Source: Eledone cirrhosa (taxonomy: Eukaryota). From it: a stretch of DNA of 64,000 nucleotides. The notes below the pieces were generated by a model. That model was not told the origin of the DNA. It did no database searches and was given only the letters and a program-made list of their open reading frames with translations. A program made the translations under genes and the position numbers. Positions 1-13,289 of the stretch are shown here, piece by piece; positions within the stretch are counted from its first letter, which is position 1; each line of letters begins with the position of its first letter. Location: contig OZ024742.1 of NCBI GenBank assembly GCA_964016885.1, positions 39,866,001-39,930,000 of the forward strand, written 5' to 3'.

Positions 1-469
1 ATAGCAGCCATCGGCAGGAAGCTGTTGGCAGACAATATTTGGTTAATTGCTTTATATATAATAGTTTCTAATTTACGCATAAAGCCAATCATTTTTAAGA
101 GATCGGGTAAGTCAAATAAATCGACTTCAGTACTTGACTAGAACTTTATTTATCGACCCCGGAAGAATGAAATGTAAAGTGTCGATATGATGGGCTGTTT
201 TCTTCTCCGTTCATAATTTTGGGCCTTATGTTCATAAAAAATGTTACTGGATTCCAGTGGTGCAGTGTTTTCGACGTGGAACCATATTCCGAATGGAATG
301 TAAATTGCACTACAAAATTTACTTGAGGCCCAATACTTATGTGAAAGTTCTCCCCAGAAATTTTGAATCTGAAGCCAGTTCGGGTTAAAGCTATTCTACC
401 GATTCGATTAAAAATGCAACACTAACTTCAATTGAAAAAAAACACAAACACTTCTACAATGTCCTACAT

Positions 470-815
470 ACGCGTGGTTGAGCAGTTAAAAAAGTTTCCT
501 CAAAATTATAAGGTTCTGGGTTTGATCTCACTGTTTGATATTTTGATCAAGTGCTTTTACTGTAACTTCTGTTCAACCCAAACCTAGTGAGTAAAATAGG
601 TTTAGATTAGACGTAAACTGTGTAGAAGCTCGTCCGATGGATTTTACCTGTAATGTAAATGCCCGGCTTTGTCACGTATTGTCTCACGCTGATTCGGTTT
701 GGGAATTACGTTAAATCTGTGAAATACTCAACCACTTATACTCTAAATCATAAGTTTGATGTTGATTGAACGACTGAATGCTTACCGTCGAAACTGACGG
801 AGTTTTCATCATCAT
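470..815 (+). mobile_element. Diverged tRNA-derived SINE (OR1-like head, OR2-like tail)
   Basis: A/B-box-like head, core GATCAAGTGCTTTTACTGTAAC, tail similar to copies at 30302 and 36895. Confidence 0.55.
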
Positions 816-1564
816 CATCGTCTTACAAATATTAGTTTACTTCCAATATAATCTATCTTAATGAAATTCCATGAAGTAACTCAATATTATCCAACCTCCT
901 TTTCTCCATCTGGTCACATCACGATGACATCTTTGACAAGCAATATGCACTTCTCGTGAGATTTTCGTGGGAGAATACAAACGTGGCTTCCTATTGCCTC
1001 ATCTCAAGTGTTTTTTTTTTTTTTTTTAGAGTGAAAGCGAATGAAAGAATAACCCATATTCTATCCCCCTCTCTAATGTCTGTCAATTCACAGCCTTGAC
1101 GCTATGAAACGAGCCGATTCAATTGTGAAGGTGCGTGGCTTACTGTTTATGGTGATTGACTCACGAACAGAGCTCCGGTGGTTCGGCTCCTGAACCGGAT
1201 GCCGTATTGTGTTCTTGGGCAAGATGCTTCATTTCACGTTGTTTTCCATAATAGGGCAGCGGTCCCTGTCATTAAATCACCCAAGAAACCTATGGGATAC
1301 AAACTCATATGAGGCCAACTAAACGTAAATAAATATCAGCCGTAACTCTTATTTCATTTTTATTCTTTTTCATCTCAATTCAATTGATTGTACTCGTTTC
1401 TCTATATAAGTTAGTCACGTTGCAGGTAAAATAAGTCAATGTTACCTATTGTTATAGGGACAGTAGCAGTTATTGAAATAGCATGCGATTATTTAGGTGC
1501 AACAGTTTCATGTTGCAGCACCGGTTAACTATACTACTGTAAGACCATATGTTATTGTTGTTGA

Positions 1565-1830
1565 TGTTGTGATGGAGCACTGTGGAAATATTCAAAACGG
1601 TGGAGCGGTTCGTATGGTGTTAAAACCTGTTAAATGATTTGACGTGAATAAATATGGACTGTGAATTGAGAATAAGGACTTAGTTATTTTCTTAGCGTGG
1701 TCAGAACAAGAAGTGTTAAAAGTAGGTTCGTCAGCTTACCAAACTGTAATTTGAAATTATTTTATTTGGGAAACGGGGCACACATTGTTGAGGTAGCCTT
1801 GAGCGCTAAATATCCAGGTGCTGACTCTGC
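1565..1830. repeat. Dispersed repeat with a 40-bp-unit tail (copy 1 of 3)
   Basis: Shares GTGGTCAGA...CAGCTTACCAAAC...TTATTTTATTTGGGA...CACATTG with 21820-22200 and 28930-29380. Confidence 0.65.
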
Positions 1831-2081
1831 CTGTTGCATTTGTAGGATGTTATTTGACTGGTACTTTTGCAGGGCGGGTGACCAAACACTGGCTTTCTCG
1901 TATGTTTATACAGCTGTCATGAAAATTATTGATAAAGATACTAAAATATGTATAGTAAAGAAATGTTTATAAGTCTGCTCTGAAATACGACCTGAATTTA
2001 AATTCTTAGTTGGAAGCAATCAATTTCATTTCTGCCGCTTAAGTCCTTTAGAAATTACACTCCTCACAGTTCTAAGCAAAT

Positions 2082-2263
2082 AATTGTTTCTACTTTTGGC
2101 TCAAGGCCAGTAATTACCCAGTGCATTACTGGTACTTTATTTTATCGACCCCAAAGGGAAGAAAGACAAAGTTAACCTTTGCGGGATATGAACTCAGTAC
2201 ACAAAGGGACGTAACTCTATGCTGCGAAGCAGGGTGTCCGACGCTCTACCGATTCTGCTAGTC
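2082..2263 (-). mobile_element. OK-like SINE, short tail
   Basis: Reverse complement of the family consensus seen at 7889-8072. Confidence 0.85.
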
Positions 2264-2796
2264 TCAAAGACAGCAATTTTGAAGAAAGAGAAAGCCGATT
2301 AAATCGACCCTAGTACTTAACGACCCTGCGGGATTTGAACTCAAATCTAAAGAAATAATCGCCCACAACATGTATTAGGTAATTTAAGCACGAATATGAG
2401 GAAGAATGGGCCTCCGTCGTTTTCTAAAATGAGTGCTCAAGTAGTTCGATCAACGGAATAGTGAAATTATTTTGTAAGTGGTAAAACATTTGATAGACAC
2501 TTGTACCCATTATGTAATTCTCAGGAAGATTCAGTATGGCACTAGGTGATAAAGCCATAACTTTAAATTAATTACAGGAACTTCTATTCGACGGGCTTTT
2601 AAACAGGTTCCGTCAATGAACGAGGTGCTGACTGGTACATGAACCCCGATTATGAACAACACTATATTAGTGCCACCTCTAATCCTAGCCTCTTAAACTT
2701 GCACTATATGCCAATTAGCGTCCTCAGCCGAGGCTTCATGCGGAAAAAAGGTTATAAGATTTTAGCTTATCTCTATCTCAGTAGAGATTAGGAAAA

Positions 2797-2826
2797 TATC
2801 ACTGATGATGGGTAAAGATCCTGAAA
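2797..2826 (+). ncRNA. 5' half of a Penelope-type hammerhead motif (stem I strand, CUGAUGA, stem II, GAAA); partner strand at 6560-6567
   Basis: TATCA-CTGATGA-T-GGGT-AAAG-ATCC-T-GAAA. TATCACTG is the exact reverse complement of CAGTGATA at the far end of the minisatellite. Confidence 0.6.
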
Positions 2827-2827
2827 T

Positions 2828-5800
2828 ACCACCCAGTCACCATGCTGACCACCCAGTCACCCTGCCGACCACCCAGTCACCCTGCACCCCATCCAGCCAC
2901 CCTGCCAACCACCCATCCACCCTGCTGACCATCCAGTCACCCTGCCGACCACCCAGCCAATCTGCCGACCATCCAGCCACCCTGCGGGACCACCCAGTCA
3001 CCCTGCCGACCACCCAGTCACCCTGCCGACCACCCAGTCACCCTGCCGACCATCCATCAACCCTGCCGGCCATCCAGCCACCCTGCCGACTACCCAGCCA
3101 CCCTACCCACCACCCAGCCACCCTGAGGACCACCCAGCCACCCTGCTGACCACACAGTCACCCTGCCGACCACCCAGCCACCTTGACGACCACCCAGTCA
3201 CCCTGCCGACCACCCAGCCACCCTGCCGACCACCCAGTCACCCTGCCGACCACCCAGTCACCCTGCCGACCACCCAGCCACCCTGCCGGCCACCCAGCCA
3301 CCCTGCCGACCATCCAGCCACCCTGCCGACTACCCAGCCACCCTGCTGGCCACCCAGTCATCCATTCGGCCACCCAACCACCCTGCCGACCACCCAGCCA
3401 CCCTGCCGGCCACCCAGTCACCCTGCCGGCCACCCAGTCACCCTGCCGACCATCCAGTCACCCTGCCGAGCATCCAGTCACCCTGCCGACCACCCAGTCA
3501 CCCTGCCGACCATCCAGTCACCCTGCCGACCACCCAGTCACCCTGCTAACCACCCAGTCACCCTGCTGACCACCAAGTCACCCTGCTGACCATCCAGTCA
3601 CCCTGCCGACCACCCAGTCACCTTGCTGACCATCCAGTCACCCTGCCGACCACCCAGTCACCCTGCTGACCACCCAATCACTCTGCCGACCACCCAGTGA
3701 CCCTGCCGACCATCCAGTCACCCTGACCCCACCCAGTCACCTTTCCGACCACCCAGCCACCCTGCTGACCACCCAGTCACCCTGCCGACCACCCAGCCAC
3801 CATGCTGACCACCCATCCACCCTGCTGACCATCCAGCCACCCTGCCGACCACCCAGCCAACCTGCTAACCACCCTATCACCCTGCCGACCATCCAGCCAC
3901 CCTGAGGACCACCCAGCCACCCTACCCACCATCCAGTCACCTTGCCGATCACCCAGCCACCCTGCCGGCCACCCATCCACCCTGCTGACCACCGAGTCAC
4001 CCTGCCGTCGACTCAGTCACCCTGCCGTTCACCCAGTCACCCTGCCGACCATCCAGTCACCCTGCAGACCACCCAATCACCCTGCCGACCATTCAGTCAC
4101 CCTGCCGACCACCCAGCCACCCTGCTGACCACCCAGTCACCCTGCCGACCACCCAGTCACCCTGCCAACCATCCAGTCACCCTGCCGACCACCCAGACAC
4201 ACTGCTGACCACCCAGTCACCCTGCCGGCCACCCAGCCACGCTGCCGGCCACCCAGTCACCCTGCCGGCCACCCAGTCACCCTGCTGACCATCCAGTCAC
4301 CTTGCCGACCACCCAGTCACCCTGCCGACCATCCAGTCACCCTGCCGACCATCCAGTCAGCATGCCGACCACCCAGTCACCCTGCCGACCATCCAGTCAC
4401 CTTGCTGACCATCCAGTCACCCTGCCGACCACCCAGTCACCCTGCCGACCACCCAGTCACCATATTGACCACCCAATCACCCTGCCGACCACCCAGTCAC
4501 CCTGCTGACCATCCAGTCACCCTGTCGGCCACCCAGTCACCCTGCCGACCACACAGTCACCCTGCCGACTATCCATCCACCCTACCGACTATCCAGCCAC
4601 TCTGCCGACCATCCAGCCACCATGCTGACCACCCAGTCACCCTGTCGACCACACATCTAACCCCTGCCGACCACACAGTTACCCTGCCGAACCCCTCAGC
4701 CACCATGCTGACCACCCAGTCACCCTGCCAACCACCCAGCCACCATGCTGGCCATCCAGTCACCCTGCCGACCACCCAGTCACCCTGCTGACCACCCAAT
4801 CACCCTGCCGACCACCCAGTCACCCTGCTGACCATCCAGTCACCCTGTCGGCCACCCAGTCACCTTTCCGACCACCCATTCACCCTGCCGACCACACAGT
4901 CACCCTGCCGACGATCCAGCCACCCTACCGACTATCCAGCCAGCCTGCCGACCATCCAGCTACCCTGCCGACCACCCAGCCACCATGCTGACCACCCAGT
5001 GACCCTGCTGACCACCCAGTCACCCTGCCGACCACCCAGCCACCATGCTGACCACCCATCCACCCTGCTGACCACCCAGTCACCCTGCTGACCACCCAGT
5101 CACCCTGCCGACCACCCAGCCACCATGCTGACCACCCATCCACCCTGCTGACTACCCAGTCACCCTGCCGACCACCCAGTCACCCTGCCGACTATCCAGC
5201 CACCATGCCGACCACCCAGCCACCATGCTGACCACCCAGTCACCCTGCGACCACCCAGTCACCCTGCCGACCACCCAGCCACCCTGCCGACCATCCAGCC
5301 ACCCTGCCGACCACCCAGCCACCCTGCCGACCACCCAGCCAACCTGCTAACCACCCTGTCACCCTGCCGACCATCCAGCCACCCTGCCAACCACCCAGCC
5401 ACCCTACCCACCATCCAGTCACCTTGCCGACCACCCAGCCACCCTGCCGACCATCCAGCCACCCTGCCGACCACCCAGCCACCCTGCCGACCATCTAGCC
5501 ACCCTGCCGACCATCCAGCCACCCTGCCAACCACGCAGCCACCCTGCCGACCATCCAGTAACCCTGCCGACCACCCAGCCACCTTGCCGACCACCCAGTC
5601 ACCCTGCCGACCAGCCAGCCACCCTGCCGGCCACCCAGTCACCCTGCTGACCACCGAGTCACCCTGCCGGCCACCCAGTCACCCTGTCGACCAACCAGTC
5701 ACCCTGCCGACCACCCAGTCACCCTGCCGTCCACCCAGTCACCCTGCTTACCATCCAGACACCCTGCTGACCATCCAGTCACCCTGCCGCCCACCCAGTC

Positions 5801-6560
5801 ACCCTGCTGACCACCCAGTCACCCTGTCGACCACCCAGTCACCCTGCTGACCACCCAGTGACCCTCCCCACCATCCAGTCACCCTGCCGACCTTCCAGTC
5901 ACCCTGCCGACCACCCAGTCACCCTGCCGACCATCCAGTCACCCTTCTGACCACCCAGCCACCCTGCTGACCACCCAGTCACCCTGTCGACCACCCAGTC
6001 ACCCTGCTGACCACCCAGCCACCCTGCTGACCACCCAGCCACCCTGCCGGCCACCCTGTCACCCTGTCGACCACCCAGTCACCCTGCCGACCACCCAGTC
6101 ACCCTGCTGACCACCCAGCCACCCTGCCGGCCACCCAGTCACCCTGCCGACCACCCAGTCACCCTGCCGTCCACCCAGTCACCCTTCTGACCATCCAGTC
6201 ACCCTGCCGACCATCCAGTCACCCTGCTGACCACCCAGCCACCCTGCTGACCATCCAGTCACCCTGCCGTCCCCCCAGTTACCCTGCTGACCACCCAGTC
6301 ACCCTACCGACCACCCAGTCACCCTGCTGACCACCCAGCCACCCTGCCGGCCACCCAGTCACCCTGTCGACCACCCAGTCACCCTGCCGACCACCCAGTC
6401 ACCCTGCCGTCCACCCAGTCACCCTGCTGACCACCCAGCCACCCTGCCGGCCACCCTGTCACCCTGTCGACCACCCAGTCACCCTGCCGACCACCCAGTC
6501 ACCCTGATGACCACCCAGTCACCCTGCCGACCACCCAGTTACCCTGCTGACCACCCAGCC
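2828..6560. repeat. 20-bp minisatellite, ~187 units, consensus ACCACCCAGTCACCCTGCCG
   Basis: Continuous 20-nt periodicity over ~3.73 kb with point variants and a few 1-nt phase shifts. Confidence 0.98.
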
Positions 6561-7273
6561 AGTGATAAAGGCAGCAGGTGTTCTATTCTGCAGTTTTCCA
6601 TATCTCGGATCAGATATATATGTAAAAACGCACGCACACTCTCTCTCTCACACACACACACACACACATGCATACATGCATACGTACATACGTACGTACA
6701 TGCATATACCTATATTATGTGACTGAAATGATATATATATATATATATATAAATAAAATTATCGAGAATCGGAACTTCGGCCACGAAATAACGAAAAACA
6801 ATTTTCGAAATGTGCGGCAAAGTGCTCAATGGTTCGGATGAACCAGATTTATAACTAACGTTTAATACCAACACACTGAGACGATGCTTAATCATTCGCA
6901 CAGCCAAAAAACACGGTCATGTAATTCGGGTCAGACAAATAAAAATATATATGATTGAAAAATATGAGATGTGTGTAAACAATGATTACGTGTGAGTTTA
7001 ACCGTTAGTGTATGGAGAACAATACCTACAGGTTAGCAAATAAATAGAAACAAACCTAAGTCAGAATCAAATCTCTGAAGTAGAGTTTTAAATTACTAAC
7101 CTTATAACTATGTGCAGTATAACAGACCATAGGATCTTCAGTCAACAACCATGGGTACTGTTTACAACACATCTAACCTTATGGATAGAGAGTATATATA
7201 TACATACACCTACATACATATCTAAATATATACATACATCTATATATAAATACATATATACATATATATATAT

Positions 7274-7504
7274 ATGGTGGCTGCCAACTCGTTTTCGAGT
7301 ACGGCCACTACTTTATATCCATGTAGGAGAACCCCTACCGATGCGCTGAACGAGTGTGACTTTTTAGTCCAGCCTGCGATATGAAAACTCTGGTACAAAC
7401 ACTACACTCGTGACAGTTATTGACACAGTGCTAGGCCCATGGTACCATGTGACGACAAGTGCAGAGAGATCTCCAGATATAAAGCAATGCCTGTGCCGTG
7501 AAGC
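7274..7504 (-). mobile_element. Truncated copy of the (TATG)n-associated non-coding retroposon (family X)
   Basis: Matches the first ~230 nt of 42401-43010; abuts (TACA)n. Confidence 0.85.
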
Positions 7505-7567
7505 ATACATACATACATACATACATACATACATACATACATACATACATACATACATACATACATA

Positions 7568-7650
<83 letters not shown>

Positions 7651-7654
<4 letters not shown>

Positions 7655-7874
7655 TAATTCAAAATATTAACAAAATAGATATTCTTGTGATCAAGTATAT
7701 TTTATTATACACAATTCAGAGTTAACGATCTACTGTGTCAGGGTGTGTCATGCATCATCTTATTTTATCTGATGAGGACGTACTGTTGAACTTAACTCAG
7801 TACCTCTGAAATATGTATAATAAAATATATTTGATCACAAGAATATCTATTTTGTTAATATTTTGAATTAATAT
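7651..7874. mobile_element. Penelope-derived foldback: ~70-bp inverted arms 7651-7721 / 7804-7874
   Basis: Arms are near-perfect reverse complements; a hammerhead spans the spacer and right arm. Confidence 0.75.
7761..7827 (+). ncRNA. Minimal type-I hammerhead ribozyme
   Basis: Stem I TATTTTAT/ATAAAATA, CTGATGA, stem II including GTACTG/CAGTAC, GAAA, short stem III T-ATGT-A, AUA cleavage triplet. Confidence 0.8.
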
Positions 7875-7888
7875 TAATAACTCTGGAA

Positions 7889-8072
7889 GGGCGGTGGATT
7901 GGCAGTATCAGTAGAGGGTCGGACGCCATATTTTCCATCATAGTTACGTCCCTTTACGATCTGAGTTCAAATCCCGCCGAGGTTAACTTTTCCTTTCATC
8001 CTACGGGGTCGATAAAATAAAGTACCAGTAATGCACTGGGTAATTGCTGGCCTTGTGCCTAAAGTAGAAACA
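7889..8072 (+). mobile_element. OK-like SINE, full length, 16-bp TSD
   Basis: tRNA-like head, B box GAGTTCAAATCC, tail GGCCTTGTGCCTAAAGTAGAAACA; TSD ATTAATAACTCTGGAA at 7873-7888 and 8073-8088. Confidence 0.92.
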
Positions 8073-8231
8073 ATTAATAACTCTGGAAAACCATTACAGT
8101 TGAGTGCTTCCAATCTATTGTAAAACTCATTCTTTGATTTATTCATTGAACCTTGTTTAACTTTTTTATATATATATATATATATAGATAGATACTCACA
8201 CACACACACACTCACTCACACACACACACAC

Positions 8232-8268
<37 letters not shown>

Positions 8269-8589
8269 CTTCGTTTTAATCTTTCATTTATTTTTATGTT
8301 TATTATTTTACATCGACTGTCTAACATCAACTTGAAGACTTTCGGCCTTTTTCTTTAAAGTGGTGCTGATAATGGGGTTGGAAGGCAGATTATTTTCTAG
8401 AAAAATCTCGAGTATTCGTCATTGATTGAACGAAATGTCTTCCAATAGTGACATGGTCGATGAATAACTTGCACCCAAGCAGAACACCGTCAGAACGATA
8501 CACAAACACGAAGACAACTCTTCACATCCTTTGAAAATAATAAGATTTTTAAGCCGACAGAGAGCGAGACATCTTTGTTGCTGTTCTTT

Positions 8590-8916
8590 TAATGTTGTTG
8601 CTGTTGTTGCTGTTGTGGTCGTTGTTGTTGTTGATGGTGGTTGTAATGATGGTGGTGGTGGTGGTGGTGGCGGTGGTGATGGTAATGATGATGGTGTTGT
8701 TATATTGTTGTTGTGGTTGTTGTTGTTGATGGTGGTGGTAATGATGGTGGTGGTGATGGTAATGATGATGGTGTTGTTATATTGTTGTTGTTGTGGTTGT
8801 TGTTGTTGTTGTTGTTGGTGGTGGTGGTTGGTGGTGTTGTTATATTGTTGTTGTTGTTGGTGGTGGTGGTGGTGGTGGTGGTAATGATGATGGTGTTGTT
8901 ATATTGTTGTTGTTGC

Positions 8917-8986
<70 letters not shown>

Positions 8987-9227
8987 GGTGGTAATGATGA
9001 TGGTGTTGTTATATTGTTGTTGTTGTTGTGGTTGTTGTTGTTGTTGTTGTTGGTGGTGATGGTGGTGGTGGTGGTGGTGGTGGTAATGATGGTGATGGTG
9101 TTGTTATATTGTTGTTGTTGTTGTTGTGGTTGTTGTTGGTGGTGGTGGTGGTGGTGGTGGTGGTAATGATGGTGATGGTGTTGTTATATTGTTGTTGTTG
9201 TTGTTGTGGTTGTTGTGGTTGTTGTTG

Positions 9228-9259
<32 letters not shown>

Positions 9260-10120
9260 GGTGGTGGTGGTGGTGGTGGTGGCGGTAATGATGGTGATGG
9301 TGTTGTTATATTATTGTTGTTGTTGGTGTGGTTGTTGATGGTATTGGTGGTGGTGGTGGTGTTGTTATGTTGTTGTGGTTGTGGTTGATAGTGGTGGTGG
9401 TGATGATGATGTTGGTGGTAATGATGTTATATTGTTGTTGTTGTGGTTGATGATGGTGGTGGTATCGGCGGTGGTGGTGGTGTCGGCGGGGGTGCTGTCG
9501 GTGGTGTTGGTGGGGTGGTGCTGTCGGTGGTGGTGGTGGTGGTGTCGGCGGTGGTGGTGATGGTGCTGGTGCTGGTGGTGGTGGTGGCGGTGGTGTTGGT
9601 GGTGGGGGTGTTGGCGGTGGTGGTGTTGGCGGTGGTGGTGTTGCTGGTGGTGATATGTGGTGGTGGTGGTGGTGTTGGTGGTGGTGGTTGTGTTGGTGGT
9701 GTCTGCGGTGGTGGTGTAGGTGATGGTGTTGGTGGTATTGGTGGCAGTGGTGTTGGTGGTGTCGGTGGTGGTGTTGGTGGTGGTGTTGTTGTTGGTGGTG
9801 GTGGCGGTGGTGGTGGTGGTGTTGGTGGTGGTGATATGTGGTGGTGCGGGTGATGGTGGTGGCGGTGTTGTTGTTGTTGTTGGTGGTGGTGTTGGTGATG
9901 CTGGTGTTGGTAGCGGTGGAGTTGGTGGTGTTGGTGTTGGTGGTGGTGGTGTTGGTGGCGGTGGTGTTGGTGGTGTTGGTGGTGGTGGCGGTGGAGTTGG
10001 CGGTGCTGGTGTTGGTGGCGGTGGTGTTGGTGGCGGTGGTGTTGGTGGTGGTGGCGGTGGAGTTGGCGGTGCTGGTGTTGGTGGCGGTGGTGTTGGTGGC
10101 GGTAGTAGTGTCGGCGGTTG
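8590..10120. repeat. Compound (GTT)n/(GGT)n array with a higher-order unit
   Basis: GGTAATGATGATGGTGTTGTTATATT recurs between variable GTT and GGT runs. Confidence 0.95.
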
Positions 10121-10770
10121 TAACAAATTAATTTGCGAAAGTGCGACAAAGACGAAAGGAATGACAATATCCAGACAAAATGATGAAGTGATAGGTTTAG
10201 TTGATGTGACGTTCACCAAAGGCTGATATCGTTCAAATTTGGTTGGCAATACCAATTTAGAGTTGTGGTTTGACTGAATCGGTAGAGCATCAAGCAAGAT
10301 GTCATGCAAGTATTTATTTATATCCCTCTGTGTTCTCTATGTTCAAATCCTGCTGGAATCAAGTTCGCCTTTTAATTTTCCCAAGGTTGATAAAATAAGA
10401 GATAAGCCATTTCACTCATGATGGATTCGTAGGAAGGTTGTCTCGACACATGGTCTTGAGCATTTAAAACCCGGTGGAGCCCCTCACTTGCCAGGTTGGA
10501 ACACAGGTAATTTCTTCCAAAGAGAGAGGTCGAGTAGAATCGACTGATACTTTATTTATCAACTCCTGAAAGGATGAAAAGAAAAGTTAACGTTTGTGAG
10601 ATATGAATTCAGAGCACAGTAATCCAGAACAAATGCAGAGCTATTTTTAATATGATGTCATATAGGGTGTTGGGCTCACAATCGCAAAGTCATAGGTTCG
10701 ATTTATGAACTAAGCAGTGCGATATGTCTTTCAGCAAGTTTATTTCACGTTGCTCCAATCAATTCAGCTG

Positions 10771-10851
<81 letters not shown>

Positions 10852-11469
10852 CTCTCTCTCTCTCTCTATCTCTCTTACACACGGACATACACACACCCAC
10901 AACTACCGGCATCAGCTGCGATTTAACCCTACAAATGTTTAATCAACTATTCCTATCTCGCAGAATCCAGCCTTTGTGGCCAGCATTAGAAATTATGAAT
11001 GTGAAAATGGCCGAAGGACAAAATATGTAGAACACCGAGCAAAATAGCTTCCTGTACATAGTTACGTTTCTTTTTTACCTTATCAGTTTAAATAGAGTCC
11101 ACATTCTCTTATAAGGCTTGCGCACAGCCGCGCCTATGGTAAATGATATTTGTTCAAGATGCCACGCTACGGGATAGAACCCGGAACCTAATGAGTACGA
11201 AATGAACTCCATAACCACAAAGCAATGCCTTTGCTTATAAAATAAAATTGACTGTCGTAAACACTTCTGCGACTTATTCAATGCTGAAAATCGATGTTAC
11301 AGATTTCGTAGATGAAAGATCAAGAGACCAGAGGTTATTATTTTAAGAACATTTTCGGTAAAGCATAGGACACTGAGTTCAAATCCCGCCGAGGTTATCT
11401 TTGCCTTTCATCCTTACGGGATCGATAAAATAAAGCATCCTAACAAATTGCTAAACATTATTATTTTAA

Positions 11470-11655
11470 GGCGGTGGATTGGCAGTATCGGTAGAGGGTC
11501 GGATGCCATGCTTTGAAGCATAGAGTTACCTCCCTGTATGATCTGAGTTCAAATCCCGCCGAGGTTAACTTTGCCTTTCATCCTTCCGGGGTCGATAAAA
11601 TAAAGTACCAGTAATGCACTGGGTAATTGCTGGCCTTGTGCCAAAAGTAGAAACA
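11470..11655 (+). mobile_element. OK-like SINE, full length, with TSD; a fragment lies upstream at 11372-11434
   Basis: TSD ATTATTATTTTAAGG at 11457-11471 and 11656-11670. Confidence 0.92.
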
Positions 11656-11885
11656 ATTATTATTTTAAGGAAACTTTAGAAATGCACAAACGTTTGAGGC
11701 AAATACGCACCACCCAGATTTTGATATTCTCAGAGTCTGAGACGCATTTGTAATGGTTATTTTTAGCATTTTAGTAGTATTTTAAGTCTTACCATCATTT
11801 ACTATGTAAGTGCATGTCATCTTACTGCACACAAGTACATTTAGAATTACACAAGCAGGGCTCAACTGTACGTTAAAATACTCAC

Positions 11886-11972
11886 TGCGAGCAACTTCCA
11901 CAGCAACAACCACATTACTCTCCTTGTAAAGTTTAATGTCTTCTAGCTGTAATCTTAGATAAACATTAATCT
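11886..11972 (-). CDS. Candidate internal exon of an unidentified host gene (INVYLRLQLEDIKLYKESNVVVAVEVAR)
   Basis: Long polypyrimidine tract plus CAG acceptor, GTGAGT donor, 87 nt, open frame, unique sequence. An alternative GTAAGA donor gives 180 nt (to 11793), also open. Confidence 0.4.
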
Positions 11973-12093
11973 CTGATAAAAAAAAAAAAAAGCATTTTGT
12001 TTCATTACTTAAAATGTGTCTTCTTCAAATTTCATCAACTTTTCGGTTCTTTTTTTTTAAACGAACATCATTCATACACACACATACATACGT

Positions 12094-12139
<46 letters not shown>

Positions 12140-12245
12140 GTGCATGCATGCATGTATACATACTTGCACACATATACAATTATACATACACACATAAATA
12201 TATAAATGCATACATCACATACACTTATATACATGTACGCACACA

Positions 12246-12315
<70 letters not shown>

Positions 12316-12566
12316 GTATGAATCTCATTTCCAAGTTACTTGATACAAACACAGGTGCATATCGTGTGGTATATCATAAAGTACATAGCCATTTTTTCTC
12401 TAACAAAGTCAGTTGATCCTAGGGCAAACACATAATAGTACCTATTTTATTGGATCCATTCCCAGATTTACGAAAAGAGAATTCGATCACGTGGAGCTTC
12501 GAATTCAGAATCGTATTACATTACATATAATAGCTTAAATTATCTGGAGTTGTTTACTTACAATAT

Positions 12567-12875
12567 GGCGGTGGATTGGCAGAATTGTTAGAGCATCGGA
12601 TAAAATACTTTGTTGCATTTCTTTTGGCTCTCTACTCCCTGAGCTCAAATCGCACAGAGAGCAAATTTGTCTTACATCCTCCCAAGGTCGATAAATAAAG
12701 TACCAATTCAGTACTACTGGCATTCTCCCCCACCTCTCTATCTCTGGAATAAATCGGCTGTGTTCAGACCTGATAAAGAATGGGACCTGTCAGGTTAACA
12801 AATATCCAATACACGGCGTTTGTCAGGACGGTGTCCCTACGACTCTATTGTAAGCTAAGAACCATTTACCTTTCT
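12567..12875 (+). mobile_element. OK-like SINE with alternative long tail (also ~19190, 20714, 29466, 38238, and 50230-50580 minus)
   Basis: Same head and core, then ATCGGCTGTGTTCAGACCT...CCCTACGACTC...TAAG. Confidence 0.75.
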
Positions 12876-13220
12876 TTTATATACATATACGTTGGTTATT
12901 CTATAGTTGCAGTTATTGTTGATGTGCTTATTGTTTTTACTACTGTTGCTGTTTAATTGCTCCTAAAGTCATATTAAGCATGTGGTGAGTAAGGAGAGGT
13001 ATCCGGGTAAATATTCTATAGCTGTCGATCGCGAAGAGATGGCTGTCGTTTATTTATCTATTATTTCTTCACAGGTGCCTTTTAATCTTATAGCCTGGTT
13101 TAATTGGTTTTTTGTGTGGTTGATTATGCTAATTGGAAGAGGAAATGGAGTATATATCTTATCAAAGGATTCTATGGACATAATATATAGTATATATATA
13201 TACATATATAGATAGATAGT

Positions 13221-13289
<69 letters not shown>

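Noticed and set aside
2805-5850. Many Pro/Thr/His-rich ORFs resembling a mucin
   Set aside because: The 20-nt unit is not a multiple of 3, frames stop repeatedly, and the ORFs are by-products of the array.
2828-6560. CRISPR-like array
   Set aside because: No unique spacers, eukaryotic context, no cas genes.
9365-10309. 314-aa Pro/Thr/His-rich ORF and overlapping Gly/Val ORFs
   Set aside because: Trinucleotide repeat open in several frames; the start lies in a SINE remnant.
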